Assembly: GCA_043228905.1 (NCBI GenBank)
Contig: JBHGNT010000008.1
Location: forward strand, 18,476,001-18,540,000
DNA: 64,000 bases
Direction of reading: 5' to 3'
Source: Azolla caroliniana
Lineage: Eukaryota; Plantae; Polypodiophyta
The notes beneath the pieces were generated by a model that had not been told where the DNA came from, made no database searches, and saw only the letters and a list, made by a program, of their open reading frames with translations. Shown here in pieces: positions 48,782-62,022 of this stretch. Position 1 is the stretch's first letter; the number at the start of each line of letters is the position of its first letter. The translations under genes were made by a program, and so were the position numbers.

Positions 48782-51700
48782 ATGCAATCTCTACGCCATT
48801 CTTCTCGGCGCGTTCTTCATTTATCAGGTATGCTCTCTGTACCCATCTTTGCTTTGCCTTGCGCATTTGTTGGTTTTCTTTTACTTCGTTTAAGATTATA
48901 TCCAAGTTTTTGCTTCGCTGTACAATTTATGTCTTCATCACTGTTGGACATAAGTAGAAGGAAAAGCTTAGATTTTTGCTACTTGCATTATTTCCTAGTG
49001 TACGTTTTGATAGCACTATCTGTTATACGAGTTAACATTGATACAATGCCGTTTGATATATACTGATGTATATACTTGGTGCTTCAGATTCATTTCTTCA
49101 ACCTTTTGATGTGTATTGTGATAATCAGTATGAACCTAATAATCTACTGTAATATTTGTTGTGTTTCAGCGTTTCAATTCTTGTGCATAGAAAAATGAGT
49201 ACCCATATTCATTGTTCTCTTGATTTGTTGTTTTGATTCTATGTATGTTGTTCTCTTGATTTGGTGTTTTGATTCTATGTATGAAAAATACTACTCTTTA
49301 ATATAGCATTTCAATTCTTGTGAATTAAGAAAGAGTGTCGAATTCGGCATTTTCAGTAGCTTGTGTTGGAAAATGACTTTCAACTTAGCATTCTGTTTCT
49401 TATGCGTGGAAAATGAACATTCTGATTGGGATTTTGGTTTGTAATTTCTTATCTGGTGTCTTGATTCTTGTGCGTGAATAAAACAATTCTTTGATTCATT
49501 ATTTCAGATCTTATGATTGGAAAAAAGAGAGCATATGCATTCACAATTGCATTTCATCAATATTCATGGTCTGAATTCCTAATCAATTATTCTATTTAGT
49601 GTTGAACATGCTTCAGATAGAGATAAATAATCAAGTTTTCACTAGAAGTCCACAGAATCTCACATAATGCGTTGACATTTCTATTCATGTGCAGAAAATT
49701 AAAATGCAAGCGTTTTATGTTCTAACTTTCTATACAGTTCTTTCATGTAATGTTGTGCTTGCTCCAGGAGACATAAGATTTCACAGGATATAGTAATTTC
49801 TCATTTGATTCCTTGCCCAATTGTTTACTTAAATCTATGCATAGGTCCTAGCAGAAGTTCCTTAAGAGGTTTAAGCACACAAACATCAAGTTCCAAGACC
49901 AGGAGGTCTAAAGACGAAAAATATGGCCTCACATTGAAGTTTGTTGAAAGGTATGAAACTTATGCATTAGAATTGATTTGATATCATTACTTGGTAGATT
50001 TTAGTACTAGGAATGCATTTAGGAAACTACAAAACTCTGCTATTAATGGTGTCTTTCTTTTACTGCATTGCACAGTACATATGCATATTTGTGATATTAT
50101 TGTTGGTACCCATTTCATGGTTACGTTTTTGTTGGTTTAGATTTAAGGCTTCAAATGATGGAAAGCTGCCCGGGATAACTGCAGTGAGAAAAGAGATTGG
50201 TGGTAGCTATGATGACCTTAAAAAGATTATGGAATCTATTCAAAAAGATGATCCTTCATATACTGTGGCATCAGATACTAGAAAGGCCAAAAACAAGGAA
50301 GAAGTACCTAGTTTAGCCATAAAAACGCCAACTGAAAAGAATCCGAGTGTGAATGTAGCAAAGGAAAAGGATACACCTCAGGAGAAAGTATTGAACTCAA
50401 ATAAAGCGAAAGAAAAGAATCCACAAGATGGATCAAATTTAATTTCAGGACATTCACAAGTACATCAGAATAGAGGATTAAAAGATGTTGGAAATATGGG
50501 AAAATTGTCTTCCTCAATCAGGAAGAAGTCGATTCCAAATGCATCAGAGAAAAAAGCTATGAACCAGCATAAGAAATCTGTAAATCTTCCAATAGGTGGA
50601 GTAGTTCAATCAGTTTCATTTGCCAAAGCCACCTCACGGCATGCTGTGGTATGACCATCTTCTTTCTGTTGAATTAATATGAGAAAATTACATCATCTTT
50701 CTGTAGCACTAAACAGTGACAAACTGAGTTATGTAGGAAACTAGTGGTATACATCTGCCAACCAAAAATCAACATCAAACATTAATTCATTGCTTTTAAA
50801 TGTATCTTTCTGTGCAGATTGATAGTGACAAAGAAGATGATGATTCAGATGTTGCTGCACCTGAGTACAGCCACAAAGGGAACCTATCAGAGCAGGTCAT
50901 ACTTTGGCAACAAAATCATCCAAGTAGTTTAATTCTGTGGAATTTCTTGCTAGACTTGATTAAAAAGCTATCGTAGTATTCATTAATCATTATTTTTGTC
51001 ATTAGGAATTGAATCTATTTAGTTTGATGATTAAAATGGTTAATTAAAGGTTTACTGTCTTCGTTGAGTAATGACTGCTTATTTCCTTTCCTGATTTGTA
51101 GCAATAGAACATGAGACAATTTCAATTAGAAGAATGTATTGAATCATTAGATCTATTGAATCCTGTTAGTTTGCTGATGTGCATTTTTTAATAGGTTATA
51201 AACTGTCAAAGTGTGATGAAATCAAAAAGTGTCAAATCTGAACCTGCCAAAACGAAGAAAATTGAAGCTGTGGATGTAAATACGAAATCTCAAGTCACTA
51301 AAGTGAAGAGTCATGAAGCAGTGAATGGCAATTTGTCTGGCTCGAATGCTGTGATTGGTGCATCTGGCTCAAAGGTATATTGTGCACAAGGCCCACAATC
51401 CATCAAATGATTTCTGTATGATGTTGTAAGCAATACAGAATGCAAGTCAAATTATGCAATTTATAAATATTCTTTTGTTATGTAGCTTGGATTGGGAGAT
51501 GTAACAGATTCAAACAGGCTTGCAACTGTCTTCCGTATTTCAAATTTACCCTTGCAAGCTTCAGAAGAAAGTGTTAGGGCGCTTTGTGAAACTATTGCAA
51601 GCGTTCATGACTTGGAGGTTCGGAAAAAGGGCACAGTGGATGTTCAATTCAACATCAGAAATGACTCAGAAGCAAGAGCTGTACTGGACAGGTATTCATT

Positions 51701-52377
51701 CACTCATTTGCAATTCTTCAAGGGTCTCTGCAGTTTCGTTGTTGCACTGTTTAACTTGAATGTTGCATGTGGTTCGGTAAGGAAAATGCACTGGAACTTG
51801 GTGCATATGTAAATGTATTCTTCACATGCTGATGAAGAGTAAATGTGTGCTATGGATTCCTTAATAATGTCTATGGTCTTTCGGTGCTTGTCCCAAGTTC
51901 TTCGGATGCTGTGCTGAAGGATGGATTTCTGAATATGCTACTTGCAAGTAGAATTGATTGTTAGAAGTCGGGAGACTTTATAATGCAAACATGTTTGTCT
52001 ACTCTTGGAAATTCAAGGATATGTTTTTATGTTATTGAGAAAGCATCAGTCTATATAAACAGTTAAGCTACAAATTCTAAAGCTCTTCCTAGGACAACCA
52101 TTTCACTCTTGTTCTGCATGCTATAGGACTGAGATTAAATTTCTTGATGTTTTTCAGGCTTAGGAGTGCCACGCTCGAGAAGCGGAATTTAAAAGCATTT
52201 ATTGCACCTAGATTCTATTGTGGGAAAAGTGCCGATAAGCAGCTAAAACCTCATGATGCCAATAAGTTGAAGTACATTAGAGATACTGCCCTCAACAATT
52301 TTGAGCAATGCTTTAGACAGCTTTATGCTCGAGTACAAGATTATCGTGAGCTCATGGCCATGAAACGAGACATTTGA
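48782..52377 (+). CDS. 7-exon, ~447-aa putative organelle-targeted nucleic-acid-binding protein (At3g52170-like HTH, low-complexity linker, RRM-like domain)
   Basis: Exons 48782-48827, 49845-49950, 50141-50648, 50818-50895, 51195-51374, 51486-51691 and 52158-52377; all GT-AG and frame-consistent (1344 nt). Motifs RRSKDEK..FVERFKASNDGKLPGITAVRKEIGGSY and VFRISNLP..SEESVRALC..VDVQF. Confidence 0.85.
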
Positions 52378-53706
52378 AGAATCTGGCATTGTTGAAAATT
52401 AGCCCCAAAATTTCTCTCTTTTTTATCAAGTTTCTTTAACTGGGAAGGAATGGATGGTTTTGAGTATATTGCCAATTCAATCCTGCATTTTGTCTTTTAG
52501 CAAAGATCACAAAAACATCATGATGTTGTGTTCATGCTTTAAGGTGTTTGAGAATTAAGGTCTTCTTATATAGCAGGGTTTAGAGTTTTCGGATCATATC
52601 TTTATCTGACATGCCAAAAAAATGGATTTGTATGTATCAAATTCTAGTTCCTCATCAAATAAAATTGAATTGATGGCTGTTTAGGATATGGTATCATAAA
52701 AGTTTTTTTAATGGAAACAAAATGTGGATGAATTTGGCTATGGCCATTGATTATGGGCTCTAGGATGACAATATTCTACCAATATTTCCTTCCAAGCTTT
52801 TGTAAAACTCTTCTAGCTCTCTCTCAACTTTGTGTACACTAAGAGAATAAAAATAGTGATATTAATCTCTCTGCCTCTTTGCCTATTAGCTTGTTGGTTT
52901 ATATTGTAGTGTTAAAATCATAAATTTGACATAACCAAGTTGGATCTCGTGAATCGTCTCCTAGATCAATCTAGTCTCTCATGAATGGTAACATTGTTGT
53001 CATCTTTTGGCCTATGGACATTTGTGCTTGAGTGTAGCCATTTTCTTATTATTGTTTTGTATGCCTATATAAGGAATGCACCATGTGAAAACCACATGAG
53101 ATGCATTGCATTGATATGTGGAATATACAAATCAATAAATCAAGCCCTAGAAACTAGCTCCATAAAGAGAAAATTGTGAAAATGACCACTAATTAGAATT
53201 AAAAACATGAAATATTAATTAAACTAGCTACCTACTCTTAAAGGTTTTTAAACTAGGCTTTCTCTTTACATGAGGCAATTAGAGATCCTCACTAATTAGA
53301 TCTAATAATTTAACATTGAGGGTTCCATGGAAAAGCTCCTTGGTTCTAGATACGTAAAGAAATATGGTGGTAATGCCTATACATCTCCACTTTGAGGTTG
53401 CGGGCTTAAGGCTCAATTTTTAGATCATTACACAAAATGATGACAAAAATAGAGAAGCTTGGATTGACAATACCATATATAATCCTCATATTCCTAGTTT
53501 GTGAGCATGCAGGCTAAAAATTTGCTCTAAAATATGGCTTTACAAATTACTTTACACTATGCATGTCCTAAACACAAAACAAAAGGTGGTTGCCTTTAGG
53601 TAACTAAATGCACATTGTGTAGGCAAGGAGATTCTTTTGATTGACAATCCCCAAAGTTTATGGAACTTCCATTGAGGTTAAGACAAGAAGTTGTCAAACC
53701 CAGCCA

Positions 53707-54125
53707 TTCGAGATCCCTGAATGCCATGCATGCTCTAGTGTCATAGTTTTTCATTCTGGGTCTACAAGTCGAAATGTTCGAGCATTTTCAGGCTCTACAA
53801 AGGTCTACTATTATAGAGTTACAGAAAAAGCTGTTCGAGATCCCTGAATGCCATCATGCTCTAATGTCATAGGTTTTCATTCTGGGTCTACAAGTCGAAA
53901 TGTTCGAGCATTTTCAGGCTCTACAAAGGTCTACTATTATAGAGTCGGAGAAAAAGCTTCTTCTCTGGCAAAACTTAGTAGTACTTTCTGGGTCTACAAG
54001 TCGAAATGTTCGAGCATTTTCCGGCTCTACAAAGGTCTACTATTAAGAGTTGAGATAAAAAAGCTTGTTCTCTGGCAGAACTTAGTAGTAGTGTGAGCCA
54101 TTTTCCGGGAAAACTTAATAGTAGT
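53707..54125. repeat. Three related ~105-127-bp tandem units just upstream of the DnaJ-like gene
   Basis: Core TTCTGGGTCTACAAGTCGAAATGTTCGAGCATTTTC..GCTCTACAAAGGTCTACTATTA at ~53754, ~53880 and ~53986. Confidence 0.9.
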
Positions 54126-54271
54126 GTGAGTTTTGTGTTTGGTCTAAGGCCCCACAAAAATGGTGGGTTTTGGAAGGCTATGGATATGTTGTTGTGGGCG
54201 ATTTGTATGTTGGGCGATTGTGAAGAGAGAGAGAGAGAAATAGAAAGGATTATGGAGGGATTCTGTGAAGA

Positions 54272-56669
54272 ATGTTAGGCTCCTGTTCCCCCGCGTTTCC
54301 CTTCATCGCCTCCACTGCATCATCATCATCATCATCATCATCTCCTCCCTCTGCACTTCATGATGGTGCTGAGCATGACCACCACATGCTGCCTTGCTCC
54401 CATCCATCCCTAATCTTCATCACACCTTCCCATCGCAGGAGGAGGAATACCCGATGTAATAATGCCTCTGGTCCAGATGTTCAAACCCTAATCCTTGGCG
54501 CAAGTGTCATCTCTGCCACCGTTGCTTCTCTCTATTTCGGTCTCAAGGTTAGTGTATATGTGATCATGTTTTGTGCTCTTCCTTTGGTCTCAAGGTTTGT
54601 GTGTGTGTAGTATCTATGTATATACATATGTGTACACACATGTATATATGTATGTATGTATGTAATATGATCATGTTTGTGTGCGTGTTGCTTCTCTCTA
54701 TTTATTTATATGTATGTATGTATGTATGTAATATGATCATGTTTGTGTGTGTGTTGCTTCTCTCTATTTATGTATATGTATGTATGTATGTGTATATGTA
54801 TGCATGTATGTATGTAATATGATCATGTTTGTGTGCATGTTGCTTATTTGTATGTATGCATGTATGTAATATGATCATGTTTGTGTGTGTTGCTTCTCTC
54901 TATTTATGTATATGTATGTATGTATATGTATATGTATGCAATATGATCATGTTTGTGTGCATGTTGCTTCTCTCTATGTATGTATGTATGTATGTATGTA
55001 TGTATGTATGTATATGTATATGTATGCATGTATGTATGTAATATGATCATGCTTGTGTGCGTGTTGCTTCTCTCTTCTTCTTCTTCTTTTCATCTCAAGG
55101 GTAGTATGTGCTGATTATGTTTTGTTTGTTTCTTCTCTTTCTTTTCTTTGGTCTCAAGGTTAGTATATGTAATATGATCATGTTCTGTGTGTGTTTCTGT
55201 CGATTTTCTCTATTTAGTGATCTCAAGCTTAGTTTATGTAATAAGATTGTTTTTGTTTGTTTGTTTGTGTGTGTTTTTGGGTCCTTTTCTAGTTTTTGAC
55301 ATCTATACATCTCATGTATGGATGCATTTTTTTGTAGGGTGATCCGGTCCCATGTGGAAAATGTGGTGGAAATGGTATGAATTCTGCCCGATTTCTTCCT
55401 TGAGTTTTAAATTTCCTTAATTGTTTGATGCACCATGTTTTTTGAGGTTCTCCCATTCTGCAGAACTATGGTCGGTGATTTATTTCAGAGGCTATAAGGG
55501 TCTAGTTACTTAAATTCATAAAGTTTCAACTGATGAAGGCTAGGCTATGAATTGGTTAGATGATACTGAGTTTCATTTAATAGGATTTCCAGTGATTGAG
55601 ACTACTGTGATTTGATAGTGTAAAGTTTTGTTTGAGGATTTTGAGCATTCCTTCATAAAGTTTTGATGGATGGAGGCTAATCTTGTTGGATCATGTTGAG
55701 TATGACTTCATAACGCCTCAACGGATTGAATATTTTCTGGTTGATATAATCTCAACTGGATTGTGGCTAGTTTGGTTGGATGGTATTCAGTAACCCCAAC
55801 TTAATATTATTTGTTAAAAGTGATTGAAATTCTCTCTTTTAGTTTAAGTTCTATTTTTACTTTATTTTATTTTAGTTCTGATGATTGGATAAATACCAAA
55901 TTTGTTGTAAACCAACTGTCTCATGGGCCAATTTTGGCCTTAAGAAGACGTTAATATATCTTTCTTTCTTTCTTTCTTTCTCTCTCATGCATGATTACTG
56001 AATTCTGCTTTACTGATGGCATCTCTTCCTGAAACACCTGACTCATTATCTACGAATGCTTAAACATTGAATCTATAGACTGTTTATTGAACAAGCTCCT
56101 GGTTAATGGCATCATTCTTAAGATTATGAAACCCAAAACCCTCATCTTTGGGCTGTTTCATCTGAATGTAAAAGCATGGCAACAATAATGCTTAAACATT
56201 GAATCTATAGACTGTTTATTGAACAAGCTCCTGGTTAATGGCATCATTCTTAAGATTATGAAACCCAAAACCCTCATCTTTGGGCTGTTTCATCTGAATG
56301 TAAAAGCATGGCAACAATAGTCAAAAGCATCTAGTAGGTGTATTGACTCTGCATCTAATTCAATTTTTTTTTTTTAATCTCTACTTTGTGATATACTACA
56401 ATCAATGAACAATCGCATGGGATCAGGAGGCACAAAGTGTGTTTTTTGCACTGATGGAAAGATGAAGGGAGAGTCAGGTCTGACTGATTGCTATGTTTGC
56501 AGAGGAGCAGGTAGGATTAACTAAAGTTTTCAAATTGGGTTTTTCCAGTTGATTGGTGTAAAGTCAAATCCTTAAAAACTTTCAACACTTTTTTATTTTT
56601 CTCATGATTTTTTCAGGTTTGATTCTCTGTAGAAAATGTAGTGGCTCAGGATATTCAAGGCGTCTTTAA
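54272..56669 (+). CDS. 4-exon, ~149-aa DnaJ-type cysteine-rich zinc-finger protein without a J domain (probably At1g22630-like); probable plastid transit peptide and TM helix
   Basis: Exons 54272-54547, 55338-55374, 56427-56510 and 56617-56669 (450 nt). Spliced C-terminus [60 protein letters not shown]. Confidence 0.92.
56055..56318. repeat. Near-perfect ~131-bp tandem duplication in intron 2
   Basis: AATGCTTAAACATTGAATC..GGCAACAAT occurs twice (starts 56055 and ~56187). Confidence 0.92.
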
Positions 56670-56944
56670 TAAGGGGAGATCTGGATTTTTATATTTAACC
56701 AGGTGCATTTTCGTTGAATTGAATCGCAACATACAAATGTAATTATAGAAGTTCTGAAGATGATTCATTTATTGATGATGCATTATTAAGCCTTGAGCAT
56801 CCGGAATTCTAATGTCATCTTTCCATTTAAAGAATTGATTGAGATGCACAGCCCCACCCCCTGAAGAATGTAATAATTTATTCATTGTTATGTAACATTC
56901 AAAAGGCAAGTGAAATATCAATCAAAAGATAATTTCATATATAC

Positions 56945-57352
56945 TAGATCGAACCACGAAACCGGTAAATCGAACTGTTTTTTTTTTTCTTCAAACCATT
57001 AAACTGTTAAAACTGTGGTTTCGTGGTTAGGTTTCGGTTTTCAACTTAGGTCAAATTTTAAATTTTAAATTTTAAAATTTGTAAAATTTAAAATATTTAA
57101 TTTTTTAAAAATTAAATTTTTTTAATGATGTTCCGTTAATCTGAGAATAAAGTCTAAAACTGAAAAGATTGTTTAAAAACAAATTTAAAATTTTTTAAAA
57201 ATTCTTTTAAAAATTTCAAAAAATAAATAAAAACAAAAAACTGTTAAAACCGTGGTTTTTGATTGTAGAAACCAAACCAAATCGAATCGAACCGTTTAAA
57301 TTATTAAGCCCTGGTTTCACGGTTAACCAAACCGAACCGTTGCCAATTGTTA
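56945..57352. mobile_element. hAT MITE family B, left end truncated
   Basis: Right TIR ACCGTTGCCAATTGTTA. Internal similarity to 43354-43861. Confidence 0.8.
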
Positions 57353-58134
57353 ATTGTAGAGGAACAGGGATGCATTTAGTAAATATTCTCAATGAAAATG
57401 TCAACATTGCACGATTTGGCTAGTGTTGAACAAGCATGGTAACTCTTGTCTCTCAAGAACAAATTGAGAGGAGTCTCAACATATTATGTGAGGAAACATT
57501 AGGAGTTGCTTTTTAGAACAATCACCAGTCTTGAGTTAAAACCGGATTGACCAACTCCTTTGCCTCATAATTCGTCACCTGATAACCAAATGTCTCTACA
57601 TCCTCTGTCGCTCTTATCATCCTCTTATCACCTTTGTCAAACTGAATGCAATCTGTAATCTAATGATTAATTTCCTAGCTATACTCTTTCCTTTGGTTCA
57701 TTCAATTGTGTTATGTCTATTTTTTTCAATCTTTTTGGCTCCTTTAGTCTCTTAAATAAACCATGTGCTCTCTTTCTAGTGCCATTCTTTTTTGCATTTC
57801 CAAATCGTTACAAGAGTTTGATTTTGTACAAGGTTATCATGATCCAAGCCTAATAATATATGTACCTTCTTGATTAAAAATTAATTGATTTGATCCTTTT
57901 ATCATATGATTTGCCAATTCCCATGAACTTATAATGTTCATTCATATGCTGTCTTCTTGCTTTTTGATATCTCTCGAGTCTTCTTCACACATCTATGGAT
58001 TCTCCACTTAAAATATTCATTCATATGTTGTCTTTATGCTTTTTGATGTCTCCTGAGTCTTCTTCACACATCTATGGATTGTCTCCATCTACATTGATTG
58101 GTGTGCTTACGAATTTTAAACGTATAATACTAAC

Positions 58135-59419
58135 TAAAAATTGGTAACGGTTTGGTTTGAGAGTGTCCAAACCAAGGTTGTTAGGTACGTTAGATACGGT
58201 ACGGATACCATACGTATATAATGTATTAATACGCGTATAGTACCTCCCAATTTAAAAATATGTTAAATGTATGTTAATACTTTTAAATTTTGAAAATTAT
58301 TTACCTTTTTAAACAATATTTGTAATATTGGGAAAAGCATCTATGTTTACACAATTTTGTGATGTACATTATATAGTTCTACATCCTAAAATGCATATAA
58401 GACATTTGGACATTTTACATCTTAAAATACTTATAATATGGATATCGACATTCACATATTCGATAAATTAATGTAAGTGTGTATCACGATGTTTTACTTC
58501 AAATTGTAATTATTTACGATTATGCCTTCATAGATTGAGGAATTGTCTATGATTATCACACTCAGGATAGGTTTCTATTTTCTTCTCTCTCTTCTTCATT
58601 TTCTTCTTCTTCTATCTTCTATGATTATCACACTTAGAGTCAGGAGAGGTTTTTGTTTTATTTTCTCTCTTTTTCTTCTTCTTTGTCGTTATCTTTTATG
58701 TTCTTCTTTCTTCCTTCTTTTTCACTAAAATCTTTCTTTCTTTTTTGCTTTTTGTTTTTTATAAATACGTATTATACCTGTTTTTCAAATGTAGGTTAAA
58801 TACCATATTAGACAAATGTACATGATAATTGACTGAACAACACTGAGGTATAGTACGTACTATACAAATTATGAGGTACTATAAGTATTTAAACGTTAAA
58901 TATGGGTACGTAAATAACCATGGTCTAAACTGACCCGTTTATAAATTTTGAAACCTGAATCGAATTGAACCACGAAATTGTTAGGTAATAATCCCAAATG
59001 TTAAACCATTAAACTACTAAAACCACGGCTTTGTGGTTCGATTTTGGTTTTTTCAACATAGGTCCAAATTCAAATTTAAAAATTTAAAAATTTTCATTAT
59101 TTTAAATTTTAAATTTTAAAAATTTTAAAGATGTTTCCTAAAATGTGAGAATTAGGATTCAAAATGAAAAGGTTGTTTAAATTTTTTTTAAATTTTTTTA
59201 AAGAAAAGTAAATTTTTTTAAAAACTATCAAATCGTTAAACTGTTTAAATCGCGGTTTCAAACCATTAAAATTGAACCAAATTGAACCGTTCACTCCCTA
59301 AACTGAACCTAATCGAAATTATTGTTTAAAAAAACTTGAACTTGAACGGAACCGCTTGAAGTGTTATGCCGTGGTTTCACGGGTCGGTTCGGTTTAAACC
59401 GAATTGTTGTCGATTGTTA
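58135..59419. mobile_element. hAT MITE family B carrying a nested hAT element
   Basis: Degenerate TIRs TAAAAATTGGTAACGG / TTGTTGTCGATTGTTA and perfect 8-bp TSD ATACTAAC (58127-58134 / 59420-59427). Confidence 0.88.
58173..58922. mobile_element. 750-bp non-autonomous hAT element (family C) nested in the family B copy
   Basis: TIR CAAGGTTGTT / AATAACCATG, TSD GTCCAAAC / GTCTAAAC, and TACGTA-rich subterminal repeats. Confidence 0.82.
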
Positions 59420-61359
59420 ATACTAACCATAATTGGGACTAGATCAATGTGTTGTCTATGTCTATTTTACTATAGAAATTATCAGCAATCTATTGATTGT
59501 GATTTTGAATGGGATTTAAAACAATAATGACATACTACTGTAAATACCGTAATGCAAATCTTGAAGTGCCATTGTCTTAAGGCAATTTTATAGAAAAGTA
59601 TTTAAACAATCGCATTATTCTCTCCTATAGAATTGGGTTGAGTGATTTATTGTAGCAACAATGATTGATCTTTGCAATAGTTTTTAAGAAGCTTTCAACT
59701 ATTATGGTTGGAATCGCCACAGTGTTATTATTTATGACAAAAGTAATTTGGTTTGGTATTCATTGTGCCCAAATCTCATAATGTTATGGTGCCTACATCT
59801 ACTAAAAGCTATCAAATTGTTGAAAATCCAGTTTATTTAATGTGACATTAGTGTTGTCTAAGATATAGTTTTTAGCATTTGGATCATGGCAAATGAATCT
59901 AGAAAGCTAATTTTTCAAGAAGTATGAATTTATAAAAGTTTTAGGTCAAAACAAAATTCTGTGAAGTACCATTTTACAAGGAACTACCGTTAGAACCAGT
60001 GCTTTATGTTGTAACATGATCTCAATTAAGGCAATAAAGACCCTAACCTTACCAGTGTGTTACATATACCCATTTTGTAAATATGTTTAATTTGTAATGG
60101 TTGTATGTATACACAGTCAACTCTTTCTTATACGATGCAATTGTTAGTTGCTAGCCTTAGAAAGCATGGTAATTGATGCCATTTTGACACAAATATTTCT
60201 TTTGTCCCATCGGTATTGTATTTGTTGGTGGTTTGGCAATAGTAATGTCATGTTAGTGTTGGTGTTATATTTTTTGGTTGGTGCAGCAATAGTCGTGCCA
60301 TGTTAGTATTGGTAATCATTGTAACTTGCATCCAAATATTTTCTTTTGTTAGGTGGTATGTTATTTAATTTTTGTTGGTGCTTCGATATGTCTTGATCTA
60401 ATTTAAGAGAATGATAAGATGGTTACTTTTGTCTACTCATAAATATTGGCATAATAATGCTCCAAAAAGCCTAAGGCACTTAACTAAGTGGTTTCAAAAT
60501 CTCAACCAAACATGTTCCTATAAATGGAATTTAATGTGTGATGATTTGGTACAAGGTGTCATACCACTTTGTATGATATGATTACTTGGGATGTAATGTG
60601 TTAAAGTTTCTTATGAATGATAGAAGTGTTTATTTCTCGACGAATATTATCATGCTCTGCTTTGATTAATCAATTTGTTTACATGAATTTGATCCATTAG
60701 CAAAATTTCGTTGGCATAACGGAATTTTTTTCTCATCAAACTATTTTGTGCTTTCCACCTGTTTGATTAGGTATAATAGTGAAATTTGGCTGACTGACAG
60801 ATGTTGGCTAACCATGTCCACCCCCAACATATAATTCATATATTGCCAATGTTAATGTACAATATGCCATCATACACTTATTGGTTGGAAACAATTTTGA
60901 AGGGGAGAAAACCCTATAGAAGTATTTGACTTTTCTTTTCCTCTCATCCAACTATTGTATGATTTAAATTTTAAAATTTTATCAATCCATGTGTTTGAAT
61001 AGGAATATTACTGAAATTTGGTTAGGTGAAAGACATTGGCTAACCATATCCATCCCATCATATAATTCATGAAGAAAGATTGCAAACAAGGCTAGACTAG
61101 TTAAAGAAACACATTGTAATTGTCAATTGGAGGTGAAGGTTATGTAGCTCAAACAATGAAATGAAGTATATGGGATCTACATGTATTGGGCATGATGCTA
61201 CAGGTAAATCTTTTTTTGCGATGGAAAAAATGTTATGAAATGCACACATACTTATGTAACAACTGCATTGGATATGGATCAGTGTGTCTCACAATGTTAT
61301 GAACCCCACTCATTTAGTGTGTCAATGGGTAAACAATTGAAACTTTGGGACATTATTAC

Positions 61360-62022
61360 TAACTATGGGTTTGGTTTGGTTTCTTTGCCTTTAAACCAAA
61401 CCAAGTCATTTATAGAAAACATAAACCAAACCTTAATGTACTCTCAAGCCACTTAAATGAAACCTTTTGAAGAAAAGGTAACCAAACCGTTTAGGGAAAA
61501 GATGAAATTAAAGCGGACCATTTAATCACAAATTAAAACCTAGCCATTTAAGTCAAATTAATTAAAATTTTAAATAAATAAAAATATAAGCATTTGAGTT
61601 AATTTAGTTAATAAATTTAACAAATAAAAATATAAGCATTTGAGTTAATTTAGTTAATAAATTTAACAAATAAAAATATAAGCATTTGAGTTAATTTAGT
61701 TAATAAATTTAACAAATAAAAATATATTAAATTAGATAAGCATTTAAGTTAAATTAATTAAATCAATAAAAAACATTAACCAAACCATTGAATTAATAAA
61801 CCATTAAGGAAATAAAAAAATTAACCAATAAAAAATTAAACCATGAATCTGAACCTCTTAAACCCATAAACAAATAAAGCTGAGTTTTAGAACCAAACCA
61901 CACTAAAACCAAATTGTTTAATAATAATTGAACCAAACCAAACAGTTTAATTATTTTGGTATTGATAAACCGTTAAACCATGGCTTAACAGTTCGGTTGA
62001 GCTAAAACTAGGCCCATAGGTA
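61360..62022. mobile_element. hAT-like MITE (family D) with an internal ~46-bp tandem repeat (~61577-61725)
   Basis: TIR TAACTATGGG / CCCATAGGTA, degenerate TSD ATTATTAC / GTTACTAC, and AAACC-rich subtermini. Confidence 0.7.

Noticed and set aside
50013-50140. Hydrophobic N-terminus of ORF 50013-50654 as a signal or TM segment
   Set aside because: Intronic. The acceptor at 50140 joins the upstream exons in frame.
54571-55310. Several Cys/Met/Val/Tyr-rich ORFs
   Set aside because: Translations of intronic (TATG)n and junction-derived repeats.
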